Positions 34,081-44,509 of a stretch of 64,000 nt of DNA are shown here, one piece after another. The notes beneath the pieces are model-generated. The model was not told the origin of the DNA. It did not search any database and saw only the letters and a program-made list of their open reading frames with translations. The translations under genes were made by a program, and so were the position numbers. Numbering within the stretch: the stretch's first letter is position 1; each line of letters starts with the position of its first letter. This stretch comes from a virus: IMG/VR virus record IMGVR_UViG_3300038393_000351, positions 53,392 through 117,391 of that record. One strand, given 5' to 3'.

Positions 34081-35838
34081 TTAGGAGGGATGCTTTTTCT
34101 TCCGAGGATCACGGCGCTGCTGAGTCTTGATTCGCTGATCCTGCTTCTCAGAGGGAAGCGGTTCATCTGGAGGAGGTTGATTGGTGTCACCACCATATTG
34201 ATTATCGGGAGGACCATCGGATCCATCTTGAGGACCATCCATCGGCATCTCCTCTGGACCCATTCCATCCAGACCATCCATCATCGGGTCTTCGGTTCCA
34301 GGCACCGGCTGGGAGTAGATCGGATCTGACTTCTCCTCTTCGATCTGATCCTTCATCATCTCGACTTCTTCTTCAGTCAAGCGAAGGATGTTCTTATTGA
34401 CCCATTCATTTGAGTAGTAGTATCCAACCCACTTTGACGCAGCTTCAAGTAGATCAAAGCGGTTCATCTGAACTTCAGATTCCTTCATCTCCATGAAGTA
34501 GTTGTCGTGAGCGAAGTCGTACTTGATCTTTGGTGCGATCTTCTGGAAGTCCTCAAGGGACATGATCTGCTTCAGGACGATGTGTCTCTCCAGAAGCTTA
34601 GTGAAGAGGTATGAGAACTGATTGCGCATCCTCTGGATGAACTTACCAAAGGAGACTTCGTCCTGAGTGATCTCGGTCGCTCGTCCGAGTGTGAATGGTG
34701 TATCGGTGTTTAACCTAGACTGCGGGACTTGAAGAGTATCGAAGAGCTTCTTCTGGAAATAGAGAACGTCGTCCATCTCACCCAAGTTCTCACCTGCGGG
34801 AAGCGTCTCGACTTGCGTTCCCTTGGAGTTCTCACGACGGGGAAGCCAGTAGTCTTCAAGCATCGTCATGAACTTCCGATCATCGCGATACTCGCCGGTG
34901 CCGGCGTCGTACGTCAGGCGGTTCTTGTGTTTATTCATGATCGAGGCGACGTACTGCTCGGCTTTCGCCTTGGGTAAGTTACCCACGTCGATGTACCAGA
35001 CTCTCCTCTCCGGTGCACGTGCGAGTCGATAGATGACTGAAGCGTCCTCGATTGCTCGAAGCTGGTTCAGTGCCTTGATCGCGTAGTGAAGGTATGATAG
35101 GACCATCGATCCATTGGCGTCAGTCAGACCCGATGTGATCAGGGCGATTGAGTCCTCGGCGATCTTTAATCCAGTCGCGGTAGCTGCAATGGGAGTCTGG
35201 TTGCTGACCGATGTAGCGAAGCCGCGCTCGTTGTAGAGATAGTACTCATTCTTGATCTCTGTTACGGCTGCGTCTGCTCCACCTCCGCTCGACGCGGACT
35301 GAGAAGCGATCCGGCGCTTGGTGACTTCACGGATCTTCCTGATCTTTCTGGGATCAATGTATCGAAGTTCTTGAATACCGTCCTTGGGATTATTAACGTC
35401 GATGATCGTGTGATAGTAGAGGCGTCCGTCTATGTACCATCGACGAATGATGTTGTATGATTGGTTGTTGAAGTTGAGGAGAGTCATGATCTCCTCGAAA
35501 GCCTGCTCGACTGCGTCCTTGACTAAGTCGGTGGCGTTGCATTCCTCGAGCTTGATCTTTACCGCGACTTCTTCCTCGATCGCGACCATCGAGTTGACGA
35601 TCTCGTTGATGCCTTTATTGACTTCGGCATTCAGGGACATCTCCCTGTACTTAGTGATGAGCTCGGCTTCTGATCTGACAGTTCCCTCAAGATCTACGAA
35701 CGTACCGTAGCCGCCTGAGGGAGCGACTACTACAGCACCGTCGTCGTTCTCCTTCTGAACAAAGGAGGGTTTAGCGATCTGCTCCTCGGAGTCGCTCTTC
35801 TTCTTTACTAGTTCGTAGCCGAATAAATCAAAGCCCAT
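34081..35838 (-). CDS. gp20: portal vertex protein
   Basis: WYIDGRLYYH, IYRLARAPERR..YIDVGNLPK.KAEQY, MLEDYWLPRRE. Confidence 0.98.
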   Translation of the reverse strand: MGFDLFGYELVKKKSDSEEQIAKPSFVQKENDDGAVVVAPSGGYGTFVDLEGTVRSEAELITKYREMSLNAEVNKGINEIVNSMVAIEEEVAVKIKLEECNATDLVKDAVEQAFEEIMTLLNFNNQSYNIIRRWYIDGRLYYHTIIDVNNPKDGIQELRYIDPRKIRKIREVTKRRIASQSASSGGGADAAVTEIKNEYYLYNERGFATSVSNQTPIAATATGLKIAEDSIALITSGLTDANGSMVLSYLHYAIKALNQLRAIEDASVIYRLARAPERRVWYIDVGNLPKAKAEQYVASIMNKHKNRLTYDAGTGEYRDDRKFMTMLEDYWLPRRENSKGTQVETLPAGENLGEMDDVLYFQKKLFDTLQVPQSRLNTDTPFTLGRATEITQDEVSFGKFIQRMRNQFSYLFTKLLERHIVLKQIMSLEDFQKIAPKIKYDFAHDNYFMEMKESEVQMNRFDLLEAASKWVGYYYSNEWVNKNILRLTEEEVEMMKDQIEEEKSDPIYSQPVPGTEDPMMDGLDGMGPEEMPMDGPQDGSDGPPDNQYGGDTNQPPPDEPLPSEKQDQRIKTQQRRDPRKKKHPS

Positions 35839-35857
35839 AGATTACCTCATGTTATAG

Positions 35858-35884
35858 GAGCAGGAGATCTAATCCTCCTGCTCT
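35858..35884. terminator. hairpin/terminator after tail tube gene
   Basis: GAGCAGGAG-atctaatc-CTCCTGCTC. Confidence 0.5.
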
Positions 35885-35895
35885 TTATCGCGATC

Positions 35896-36525
35896 TTAAG
35901 CGATCGGGAAAGCGACGCCGGTTCCATCAGTCGGATCAGGAGGAAGTGTACCTGAATAGGGCGCGACTGAAGGGTGGAATATAGACGGAACCCAGTAATC
36001 GTACGATAGCGTAACGTCGAATGTTCCGATTACGTTGCCTGCGTCCCAGTCAAGATTGATCGATGAGACGTCGGAGGGCCAGAGACCCTGAAATGTATAA
36101 GCCCGAACCACACCTGAGTCGTCGCCGGGACCGGCTTTACCAAACTGAAGAACTTCAGCCTGAACTTTGTAGTCGAGAAGGTCTTCTGAATCTGAATCCT
36201 GACGGTTTGAGATCAGTGCGTTGATCTTGTTGTGCCAGGCTTCAAACATATTACGGTGTCTGAAGTCCTCGTCGTTGATCAGCGTGATCGTCCAATCCTG
36301 GAACACTCGGTCTCCAGCCACTTTGATCTTACGACCGAAGTAGGGAACCTCGATCGGCTCAATCGTCGATGACGGGATCTGAGCAGACCGACACATGTAC
36401 TCAAGGTCTCCAGATGCATTCGGAACGCCCGGAGGAAGCGCTGAGAACCTCACTTTGAATAGTGAGGGACGCTGACCACCCCTGATGATACCCTGTGCGG
36501 AAAATTCGTCGATGTTAAAAGACAC
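35896..36525 (-). CDS. gp19: tail tube protein
   Basis: GG.RP.LF.V, IEVPYFGRKIKVAGDR.F.DWTIT.INDEDF, YDYW. Confidence 0.96.
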   Translation of the reverse strand: MSFNIDEFSAQGIIRGGQRPSLFKVRFSALPPGVPNASGDLEYMCRSAQIPSSTIEPIEVPYFGRKIKVAGDRVFQDWTITLINDEDFRHRNMFEAWHNKINALISNRQDSDSEDLLDYKVQAEVLQFGKAGPGDDSGVVRAYTFQGLWPSDVSSINLDWDAGNVIGTFDVTLSYDYWVPSIFHPSVAPYSGTLPPDPTDGTGVAFPIA

Positions 36526-36563
36526 GTTTATGACTCCTTTTTATCTTTATTTAGCCGTGAGTC

Positions 36564-38900
36564 TTAACCGAATTTTCCGATTACTTCTGAGAACGCCACA
36601 TCGTCACGTACGGCAACAAAGTTCAACGTGATAAAGTTGATCGAGTGGTTCGGCTTGATGTAGATGTCTCCAACGAACTGGTTTGACATTCTGATCTGAG
36701 GAGTGTTGTTGTCGGAGTCGCACTTCACATAGAAGTCAGTGATGCCTCGACGTCCCTGAACGTCCTTCAGATACGGATTCACGATGCTCTTGAACTGAGC
36801 GCGGGTGAAGTCGTCGTTGAACTCAAACAGCGTTCCCCTTGAAGCTAGCGAGATGGCTTTACGCAGGACGATGAAGAGTCGACGAACGTTGATTCGATCA
36901 AACGCAGACGCTTGGAACTGCATCGTCTTATCACCGTAGAGGATCGTTCCCTGATTCGGGAAAGCGACGATCGGATTGACACCGTTCTTATAAAGTGTAT
37001 CACGCTCGTTCTTGCGGGGATTATAAGCGAGTCGAACAACGTTCTTGATCTGACCGCGCTTGAATCCAGCAGGTGACCACCAAGCGTCGTTCGTCTGATC
37101 AGTTCTAACGCAGAGACCCGCGATATCACCGTTCAGGGGAATCCAGCGATAGACGTCGTTGTACCGATCGTACTGGTACTTATAACCTGAGTCAAAGACA
37201 CCGTATGAAGTGTCGCGTGAGACTGACTTCGCGTTTACGATGGCTTCCGCCTCACCGTACTTATTGTTAACCACAGCTTCCTTATACGGAGAGATGAAGG
37301 CGATGCAGTCGGTGCGTGCGATGCAGATGTTGTCTAGGATGTAGTTACCGAGTTGAGTGTAGTATGAAGCGGATTCACCCCGTGCCTTACCCTGAAGGAC
37401 GAGCGAGATATCAACAGCTTCCGGCGACTGGAACTTATCGTAAGCGAACGTCAGCGTTGAGAGGGGAACAGTCGCTTCATCCGGACCATCTGATCCACCA
37501 TAGAACTGGACTTCCAGAGGAGCGGTGGCGCTCGATGAGACCACGAAAGCCGCGGTGTTTGAGGGTGCCAGGTAGCGATCGTTGGCGAACCAGATCCACT
37601 CAGATTGCTGGTTGATGACTTCCTTGTAGTAGTTCGTTGAGTTGTCGATCGTCTTAGCGTCAGTAGCGCGTGAGACGTTCTTGTGAACTTCAAGAACCGT
37701 ACCCGGAGAAGATGAGAACGCACCGTCTTCATCCACCACGACGATGTGAAGCTCGTCTAGAGCAGCTGAGTTACCAAACTGAGTGACGTATGCAGAAGTT
37801 CCGGGTGCCCTATCAACGAAGTTGTAGAACTCCCAGTAACGCTGGATCGTGTTTGAAGAAGTGTTTGCACCGAGCTTCACTTCATCCTCGAGCTGAATCG
37901 TGAATGAGAAGACGTTTGCAATAGCCGTGACGCCTGAGACGTTAGCGACTTTCAAGTACTGATAACCGATGCGTGAGTTACCGACTTGGATCAAGTCGCG
38001 AACCGCGATCTGAGCAACGGCGGCTGAGGCCAGATCATTCGCACTTGAGACTTGAGTAGTGTTTGAAGTATCGAGAGGAGTGATCGTTGCTACGAGAGTA
38101 TTTGATCCAACGGTTGCTGCGATGACTGAAGTCGCTGCGTTGAACGAAGCGTTCGGCTGAAGTGAAACGTTGGATGAAAACTGAGTAGGATGATCGCAGA
38201 CTGAGATGCGCAGTGAGTTTCCAGCTCCACCAGCATACCTAGCAGCGTATAGAACTGAGATGTCAAAGAGACCATCAACGTTCTGATATTCATCTTCATT
38301 CCTGACGATCTGGTTGTCCCAGTCGATGGTGATGTCCTGCGTCTCCTGAGCAACGGCTGTGTAGACGATGTTGTCTCGGAAGGTAACCGCGATCGACTGA
38401 ACATTTGCAGTTGCGTTCTCTGAGATCTCAACGGCGCTTGAGTTCAGCACCTGAAGAATAGTCGGAGGCATAGACGTAGATAGAGCATCCACAACATCGG
38501 CAGTGTTTGAGTAGAACAGAACCATGTTCGCCGTGAGGCCGGCGGTGTTTGACAGGTTAAGAACGTTTGAGTTAGCCGTGATCGCCAGTGAAGTAGCGTT
38601 ACCCACGAACGTCTTGCTCACAGTGTTACCAGTGTAGTCACCGGCGCGTGAGACGATGAGGTTGTTTCCATAACCCAGGAAGTTTGATCCAGTGAACCAA
38701 GTCTCAGCGTTGAAGTTTGACGGACCCAGGAAGCGATTTTTCAGAGTTGTTTCGGAGTCGATTGAGACTAGAGAATCCAGAGGACCCCAGCGAAAGACAC
38801 CAGCCAGAGCCGCTGCAGTGGTCGACACCGCCGGGACAATAGCCGTTAGATCAATCTCATTGGTGACGATTCCCGGCGAAAGCTGTGTAATAGCGCCCAT
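36564..38900 (-). CDS. gp18: tail sheath protein
   Basis: SPG...EIDLT, F.WGP, WWSPAGF.RG, FDRINVRRLF, FEFND.FTR. Confidence 0.98.
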   Translation of the reverse strand: MGAITQLSPGIVTNEIDLTAIVPAVSTTAAALAGVFRWGPLDSLVSIDSETTLKNRFLGPSNFNAETWFTGSNFLGYGNNLIVSRAGDYTGNTVSKTFVGNATSLAITANSNVLNLSNTAGLTANMVLFYSNTADVVDALSTSMPPTILQVLNSSAVEISENATANVQSIAVTFRDNIVYTAVAQETQDITIDWDNQIVRNEDEYQNVDGLFDISVLYAARYAGGAGNSLRISVCDHPTQFSSNVSLQPNASFNAATSVIAATVGSNTLVATITPLDTSNTTQVSSANDLASAAVAQIAVRDLIQVGNSRIGYQYLKVANVSGVTAIANVFSFTIQLEDEVKLGANTSSNTIQRYWEFYNFVDRAPGTSAYVTQFGNSAALDELHIVVVDEDGAFSSSPGTVLEVHKNVSRATDAKTIDNSTNYYKEVINQQSEWIWFANDRYLAPSNTAAFVVSSSATAPLEVQFYGGSDGPDEATVPLSTLTFAYDKFQSPEAVDISLVLQGKARGESASYYTQLGNYILDNICIARTDCIAFISPYKEAVVNNKYGEAEAIVNAKSVSRDTSYGVFDSGYKYQYDRYNDVYRWIPLNGDIAGLCVRTDQTNDAWWSPAGFKRGQIKNVVRLAYNPRKNERDTLYKNGVNPIVAFPNQGTILYGDKTMQFQASAFDRINVRRLFIVLRKAISLASRGTLFEFNDDFTRAQFKSIVNPYLKDVQGRRGITDFYVKCDSDNNTPQIRMSNQFVGDIYIKPNHSINFITLNFVAVRDDVAFSEVIGKFG

Positions 38901-38968
38901 GGGTAGTTTCTCCCTTTACATTTTTTTATCGTTCTCAGGTATTTATTAGAACGATACTTCTAAAGGCA

Positions 38969-40627
38969 CTACTGCCCTTCGTTCATCCATTTCTCGAAGT
39001 TTGAGATGGTCTTGATGCCGCCCGTATTGAGATCGGGAACGTGATCGTCGAAGAAACCGAACGGCACTAAGTCCTCGATGATCTGCTCCTCAGTCTTATC
39101 TTTAAGATTCTGGATAGTGTTGATGTCCGTCATGTCCCTGAAGTAGTTCTCCTTCGAGAGCCACGCAAAGAGGACTAGAGCCATGACCATATCATCATGA
39201 TGACCCTCTTCAGCCGAGAACGACTGTTTAGTATCTCGGCTGAACGTTGACAGTTCGGAGATGGTGTGAAAGTCCTGAATCACAAGCTGATTTGACTCGA
39301 TCAGGAGCTTGAGCATCGAGCATCCTGTAGCTTTACTGGACTTAGACGTCTTGATGCCCATGTCTACGTTCGCACCGAATCCCGCACTGATCTTCTTTCC
39401 CTTTGAACCGGCGTTGGCTGTATACAGAACGTTCTCATATTCGAGATCGTCGTGAAGCATTCTGGCACACTCCCAACCCATTGGTACGTTCGTCTCGATG
39501 AGCATCGGCGCGTCTCCATACATCTTTCCGTGCTGGTGAAGGACGTGAACGAAGTCCGGTGTGGCGGTCATGTTGCTTCGGTAGGTGCAGACTTGAAGAT
39601 AGGGCATCGAAGTCACGTCGATGACCTGCATCGTCGAGTAGTCCATTCCCTTACCCTCGGAGACGTCTGCGCATATCACATATCTGTGACCGTCCTTCGG
39701 CATCTGATATCGACGAAGTCCCTGCTTCTCAAAATCGGGATTTTTGTGTGTGAGCTCCTTGAGCTTCCAGCCGGCGATCAGAGTTCCGCTTGAACCCATG
39801 AACTCGACCATGTGCTCCTGAGCGAACTTGTCCTGATCGAAACCCATAGCGGCCAGAGTCTCATTCTTCCACTTCTCATCGCGGCCTGGAATCTTATCAT
39901 ACGTGACCATGACGCGCTTGTAGGAGTTGCGTCCCTCCATGGAGTCGACCCAGATCTTATAAAAGTGATTGAGCCCCTTGGGTGTCGACACGAGGACGAC
40001 CTTAGACGATGTACCCGATGAGATGGTCGGAAACACTGAAGCGAAGAAGTCTTCCCAGTTCTCGATGTGGGCTGCCTCGTCGATGAACAGTAGGTTGATT
40101 GTGTATCCTCGGATGTTGTCGGACGATGTCGCGGTAGCCAGAACGCGAGAACCGTTTTCCAAGACGAACGATCCCTTGTTCCACTCGACGACTCCGTGCT
40201 GGATCCACTTCGGTAAGTGTTGGTACGCGAGCTGGATCTTCGTCAGAATCTCTCGAGCGGTGTCGCCCTTGTTCGCCAGTAGAGCAACGGTCTTTTCTGG
40301 ATGAAAGAGGATGTACCAGAGAATGTATCCGCAGGTCGTTGTTGATTTTCCAGCCTGACGAGCGGTACCGATGATTGTGTATCGGTTGTTCACCATGGCA
40401 TCGAGCATCTCGAGCTGGTAGTCTCTGAGCTTGAATGAGACGAGACCGAGATCGATGTGAACGATCTTCATGTAAGTCTCGATGAAGTAGACCGGATCTT
40501 TGGAGCACTTGATCCACTCAGCCACGAGCTCAGGAGTCCATTTGACTTCTACACCGGCTCGTTTTAGATTAATGTTTCCCTGATAACCCTTGGTATCAAT
40601 TACTTCGGCTTCTATCTGATTATCCAT
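38969..40627 (-). CDS. gp17: terminase large subunit
   Basis: RQAGKST, FIDEAA, STPKGLNHFY, DVSEG.G.DYS, HDDMVM. Confidence 0.98.
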   Translation of the reverse strand: MDNQIEAEVIDTKGYQGNINLKRAGVEVKWTPELVAEWIKCSKDPVYFIETYMKIVHIDLGLVSFKLRDYQLEMLDAMVNNRYTIIGTARQAGKSTTTCGYILWYILFHPEKTVALLANKGDTAREILTKIQLAYQHLPKWIQHGVVEWNKGSFVLENGSRVLATATSSDNIRGYTINLLFIDEAAHIENWEDFFASVFPTISSGTSSKVVLVSTPKGLNHFYKIWVDSMEGRNSYKRVMVTYDKIPGRDEKWKNETLAAMGFDQDKFAQEHMVEFMGSSGTLIAGWKLKELTHKNPDFEKQGLRRYQMPKDGHRYVICADVSEGKGMDYSTMQVIDVTSMPYLQVCTYRSNMTATPDFVHVLHQHGKMYGDAPMLIETNVPMGWECARMLHDDLEYENVLYTANAGSKGKKISAGFGANVDMGIKTSKSSKATGCSMLKLLIESNQLVIQDFHTISELSTFSRDTKQSFSAEEGHHDDMVMALVLFAWLSKENYFRDMTDINTIQNLKDKTEEQIIEDLVPFGFFDDHVPDLNTGGIKTISNFEKWMNEGQ

Positions 40628-41093
40628 TCTTATTCATTTCCGTAAAGATCTTCTGCAGCTCAGCTGTTGAGCCGACGAATAAATTGTTTGTTATCTTGCC
40701 TGGAGCAGTCGGTACATCGTCCTTAGCGGCGCTTCCGGGCTTAAGCTCCTCTCTCTTCTTGTGAAGAGTAAAGATGTCCTGCTGAGCGTCCATAACAGTC
40801 TTGATGAGACCACCCAGGACTTCAAAAGCCCGAGGATGCTGGGACTGATCGGCTATAGCCGCTAGCTTTGTGATGGCGTCTTTAGCGACTTGCGTCATCT
40901 CGATGATGTTAGCGCGCGCTAGAGTAAAATCTGAGTTCACCGACTGATCTAAGTCTGGATCTTCTTCAGTCGCTTCAACGATCTCTTTTCCTGTATCGTT
41001 GTCTATTACGATAGATTTACTCGATGTGATCGGATCGTCGTTGACTCCAAGCGATGCGAGAAACGACGACGTTTCCTTTTCATTATCTTCCAT
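40620..41093 (-). CDS. gp16: terminase small subunit
   Basis: D...AR.N...HPRAFEV...NNLFVGSTAELQK. Confidence 0.93.
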   Translation of the reverse strand: MEDNEKETSSFLASLGVNDDPITSSKSIVIDNDTGKEIVEATEEDPDLDQSVNSDFTLARANIIEMTQVAKDAITKLAAIADQSQHPRAFEVLGGLIKTVMDAQQDIFTLHKKREELKPGSAAKDDVPTAPGKITNNLFVGSTAELQKIFTEMNKNG

Positions 41094-41095
41094 TA

Positions 41096-41953
41096 TTAAG
41101 CGGTTGTACCGACTCCTAAGGCTGTTGAGTTAGACGTGGAGTTTCCTACGTATGGAACTAGATCACTCCGCGTCGTGGTGTAATCCCAGGGATCATCTAT
41201 CCAGATATCGTATGGATCGATTGAGATCTCAGGATCTGTAGTTGGTTGACCATCGGCAGTTAGTCCAGGCGTCTGGAAGAACTGCTCGAACGGCGCTGCA
41301 TCACTATCTGCATAGAACGTTGCGGTAGTGAACTTGATGATCGGATTCTGTTTAACTGGACCATAGAGATATCCCTGAAGCGTGAATGAGAGAGTCCAGA
41401 TGTACGCTCTGTGCTCCTTATAGCTCTCATCTTTGAATGCATTGATCGGTTCAACGGTGTTGAGAACGATCGGGATGTCCTGTCTGATTCCCATTTCTGG
41501 AATCAGTTCCAGCGTTGCAGTAAATTCCGGAGTAAACATCGGAAGGATCTGTTCTACGATCTTCGTTCCATCCTCTGCGTTCTTAACTAAGATGTAGAGG
41601 TTGAAAGTATAATCGTATGGAACGGGAACGAACTGATATTTTACTCGATTCCTATCATCGGATTTTGCAGTAATTTTATTTAGAGTAGGCAACTTTCTAT
41701 CGGGATTGTACTCCACACCATCGAGCTCGAACGCCATAGATGGTAGGACGATCTGAGCCGGCCTATCGATTCGAGGATCTTCTCTTAAGCGTACTAGAAC
41801 CTGCTCCTTTGGAGATAACATGATAGGCACTTTGATGCGAGCACCAAGCGACCCGTCATTGAGTGTACGGTCGATGTAAATTCTTGAGAACAGAGCACCA
41901 AAGTACGAGAGGTACTTACGCGTCAGACCAAAATAGAATTGCTGATTGAACAT
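41096..41953 (-). CDS. gp15: tail sheath stabiliser / completion protein
   Basis: FGALF, IKVPI...PK, LP.M.FE, PVPY, IVEQILP.F.P, YLYGP. Confidence 0.93.
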   Translation of the reverse strand: MFNQQFYFGLTRKYLSYFGALFSRIYIDRTLNDGSLGARIKVPIMLSPKEQVLVRLREDPRIDRPAQIVLPSMAFELDGVEYNPDRKLPTLNKITAKSDDRNRVKYQFVPVPYDYTFNLYILVKNAEDGTKIVEQILPMFTPEFTATLELIPEMGIRQDIPIVLNTVEPINAFKDESYKEHRAYIWTLSFTLQGYLYGPVKQNPIIKFTTATFYADSDAAPFEQFFQTPGLTADGQPTTDPEISIDPYDIWIDDPWDYTTTRSDLVPYVGNSTSNSTALGVGTTA

Positions 41954-41954
41954 T

Positions 41955-42707
41955 TTATGTCACATTCCCTTCTGAGAAAGGATCGACTTCTGACCAATCA
42001 ACGAACGAATCAAAGTCGTCTTTAAAGAAGTCGTTCTGAGCTGCCGGATCATTCTTTTCCAGATCATAGGAGTCAACGATCGTATCACCATCATCTGTTG
42101 TGAGGATATCTCCATCATCAGTCTGAAGAGCTGAGTCGACAATGTTAGTTGATAGTTTATAGATATCATCGATCTCTGGGATAGACGTATTGAACTTCTC
42201 ACCGGAGTATTCAAAGAGCTCGCACGTTAACTCAAACGTATAGAGTGAACCGAGCTGATAGAACATCTCCCTTGAATCAACGAACGTGATCTTGAAGCAC
42301 TTCTTGTTGAGCGGGAAGTAGATCAGATCACCTTCTCTAGGACGAACGAACGGCTGCACTGCGCCGTTCACATCGATGTATGATTTTGCCGGCTGTCCTA
42401 CGTTAGTGTTGAAAGCTCGAGCTGAGACCGAGAACACGACTTCATCTCGAATGTTGGCGCCGAACTGATTCAAGAAGTCCTTGTCTGAACCAAAGCCGTG
42501 AACTGACTTGATATACATCTCACAGTCGTACGTATCTTGATACAACGACTGATCGTCTGCACCATAAAGCGGATCATAGTCGAGTAGAGTTCTGACGATA
42601 TAAATTACGTCGTGACCGTGTATCTGAATCGATTCTTCGATCAAGTCAGCGAGAAGCTCTTGCTCAGCGTCGTTCTCTAGTTGATCAAAGAAAAAATTGG
42701 TTGCCAT
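41955..42707 (-). CDS. gp14: neck protein
   Basis: EQ.L..DL..ESIQ..G.DV.YI, RP.EGDLIYFP, FYQLG, CELFEYS. Confidence 0.94.
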   Translation of the reverse strand: MATNFFFDQLENDAEQELLADLIEESIQIHGHDVIYIVRTLLDYDPLYGADDQSLYQDTYDCEMYIKSVHGFGSDKDFLNQFGANIRDEVVFSVSARAFNTNVGQPAKSYIDVNGAVQPFVRPREGDLIYFPLNKKCFKITFVDSREMFYQLGSLYTFELTCELFEYSGEKFNTSIPEIDDIYKLSTNIVDSALQTDDGDILTTDDGDTIVDSYDLEKNDPAAQNDFFKDDFDSFVDWSEVDPFSEGNVT

Positions 42708-43085
42708 TTAATCAATCTCAATTAAAGGTTTCCATCCGTGTTTAGGATGGTGATGTTCTAGATCATAAGGGCTAACGTGTTTAACTTGTTTTTCATCTTT
42801 CACGTAACCATCTTCAGCGTCTGGATGTTTGTGTTTAGGTGTTCGAAGTAATGTTACGTCTTTATGTTTCTTTTTAATTTCATCATGCCAGTATTTTGCT
42901 TCTTTAGGAGAAGAAGCTAGATGAACTTTATTGCTTTTGAAACCAAAGTTCTTTCCTGCATTACGACTATGCAGTCCATGTTTTCTAATTGATTTTAGAT
43001 TAGATGAAGACGTAGTGTGATAATAGTGATCATCATCAAATCTATCATCGTGATTTTCTAAAATGAATTCGCTATATCTAAGCAT
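42708..43085 (-). CDS. putative internal head protein with ADP-ribosyltransferase-like (Tpt1/KptA-type) fold
   Basis: MLRYSEFILE leader; YYHTT...L.SI.KHGL...VHLA.S...A..W. Confidence 0.55.
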   Translation of the reverse strand: MLRYSEFILENHDDRFDDDHYYHTTSSSNLKSIRKHGLHSRNAGKNFGFKSNKVHLASSPKEAKYWHDEIKKKHKDVTLLRTPKHKHPDAEDGYVKDEKQVKHVSPYDLEHHHPKHGWKPLIEID

Positions 43086-43089
43086 CGAA

Positions 43090-43323
43090 TCAAGTCCTTG
43101 GACGTTCTACGATCTTTCGCATATCAGCGTCTGATATGCCTCGTTCGTGTGTATAGCTTCGACAGATTCGCAGTTTATTCTGACAGAATGTAACAAGCGC
43201 TTGACTATCATCTAGAGCTATTGTCCAGAAATAATCATGAGGAGTTCTCTCCACGAATAGCGCTCTTCCTGAGCCGAGAGGAGTATCTACTGGGATGGGT
43301 TCGTGAAATTCAAGAAAATTCAT
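43090..43323 (-). CDS. conserved hypothetical phage protein
   Basis: IPVDTPLG.G.ALF...W.I.LD pattern. Confidence 0.65.
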   Translation of the reverse strand: MNFLEFHEPIPVDTPLGSGRALFVERTPHDYFWTIALDDSQALVTFCQNKLRICRSYTHERGISDADMRKIVERPRT

Positions 43324-43325
43324 AT

Positions 43326-44066
43326 CTAACCAATCATATCAATCGGAGGAAACGCTGAGTCGTACATCTGCTGCTCGAGCTCCTTGATCTCCTCAACGGC
43401 CTCATCGTAGATCGCTTGACCTTTGAATGTCACGCCTCCAGGTAGTTCCATTCCATCGTACTTCTTCAGATTTGTTCCCCATTGCCGCTTGATTAGAGCA
43501 GTCGCGTACTTAAGCAGGAGTCTGTCTTTCCACGCGTCTACGTATGTATCGGGATCGATCACTTCGTAAGCTTCGACTAGAACGTATTGACCGGAGGCGA
43601 ATCGTGACCAGTCCATATCGAGATAGAGTTTATTCGAGAGCTTATTGTATCTAATGGGCACTTGACCCACGAGGATCTGCTGAATGAACTGAAGATTCTG
43701 ATACGCGATGTAGTAGGGAATCAAGGACATTCCATTCATCGTCATCAGATCAGACATGTACATCTGATATTGTAAGTTGAATGGATTCTCGATCGCGTTG
43801 TGGATGAACGACAGATCGAAGATCTTCACAACACCGATGATGTTTTCAGGAAGCGTGATATACTTGTTTGTAAAATCGATGTCTTGAAGTTGGTACTTGT
43901 AGTACTGTTTCTCAGTACCGTCATACGAATAGTCGTACCAGAACAACAGAGCTTCATCGATGCGGTCATCTACTTGCTCGTCTGATACGTTTACTTTGAT
44001 GACCGGTGCTCCAAGATTCTGGAGGCAGTATTTCTTAAAGGAGTCGCGATCTACGGGTAATGCCAT
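43326..44066 (-). CDS. gp13: neck protein
   Basis: YCL..LGAPVI.VNV..EQ..DRIDEAL, YATALIKRQWG.NL.K..G..LPGGV. Confidence 0.95.
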   Translation of the reverse strand: MALPVDRDSFKKYCLQNLGAPVIKVNVSDEQVDDRIDEALLFWYDYSYDGTEKQYYKYQLQDIDFTNKYITLPENIIGVVKIFDLSFIHNAIENPFNLQYQMYMSDLMTMNGMSLIPYYIAYQNLQFIQQILVGQVPIRYNKLSNKLYLDMDWSRFASGQYVLVEAYEVIDPDTYVDAWKDRLLLKYATALIKRQWGTNLKKYDGMELPGGVTFKGQAIYDEAVEEIKELEQQMYDSAFPPIDMIG

Positions 44067-44130
44067 CTTCTAGTGTCCTTTTTAGTATTTATGGCATCTT
44101 GAACCCTAGAAATCTTTCATCATGAGGCTA

Positions 44131-44159
44131 TTGACATCGTACATACCTATTGGTATTGA
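44131..44159 (+). promoter_or_regulatory. sigma70-type promoter
   Basis: TTGACA-17 nt-TATTGA upstream of ORF 44192. Confidence 0.5.
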
Positions 44160-44191
44160 TTAACTATTGGCATATTTTCAAGGGGAGATAA

Positions 44192-44509
44192 ATGAAAGTT
44201 CATTCCTTCGGTACAAAAAGCGTCTTCACATCGGTGGGACGCTATAAAGATCGTCCAGCGGTGATCATCTGGAATGAGAAACACAACGGTGAAGCTGGAA
44301 CGAGTGCTCCAATAAAGTATAACGAGATGCCTTTCTGGAAGCGATGGTGGATTCAACGCATCGCAACGGTCATCACTTTCGACACACCGGAGCGCGCGGC
44401 GTTCGTAGCAGCGGCTATTCAGAGTGACCAGAGCATCGCTCAAGCAATGGTCGACATGAGTGCGGATTGGTCAAATGCAGTGCAAAATGATCTACTCAGA
44501 TCGTCCTAG
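44192..44509 (+). CDS. hypothetical protein
   Basis: 105-aa ORF with GGGGAG RBS. Confidence 0.65.
   Translation: MKVHSFGTKSVFTSVGRYKDRPAVIIWNEKHNGEAGTSAPIKYNEMPFWKRWWIQRIATVITFDTPERAAFVAAAIQSDQSIAQAMVDMSADWSNAVQNDLLRSS

Noticed and set aside
18398-44066. Introns, inteins or homing endonucleases in core genes
   Set aside because: gp46, gp47, uvsW, gp23, gp20, gp17 are of normal length with no Hint, HNH, GIY-YIG or LAGLIDADG motifs evident
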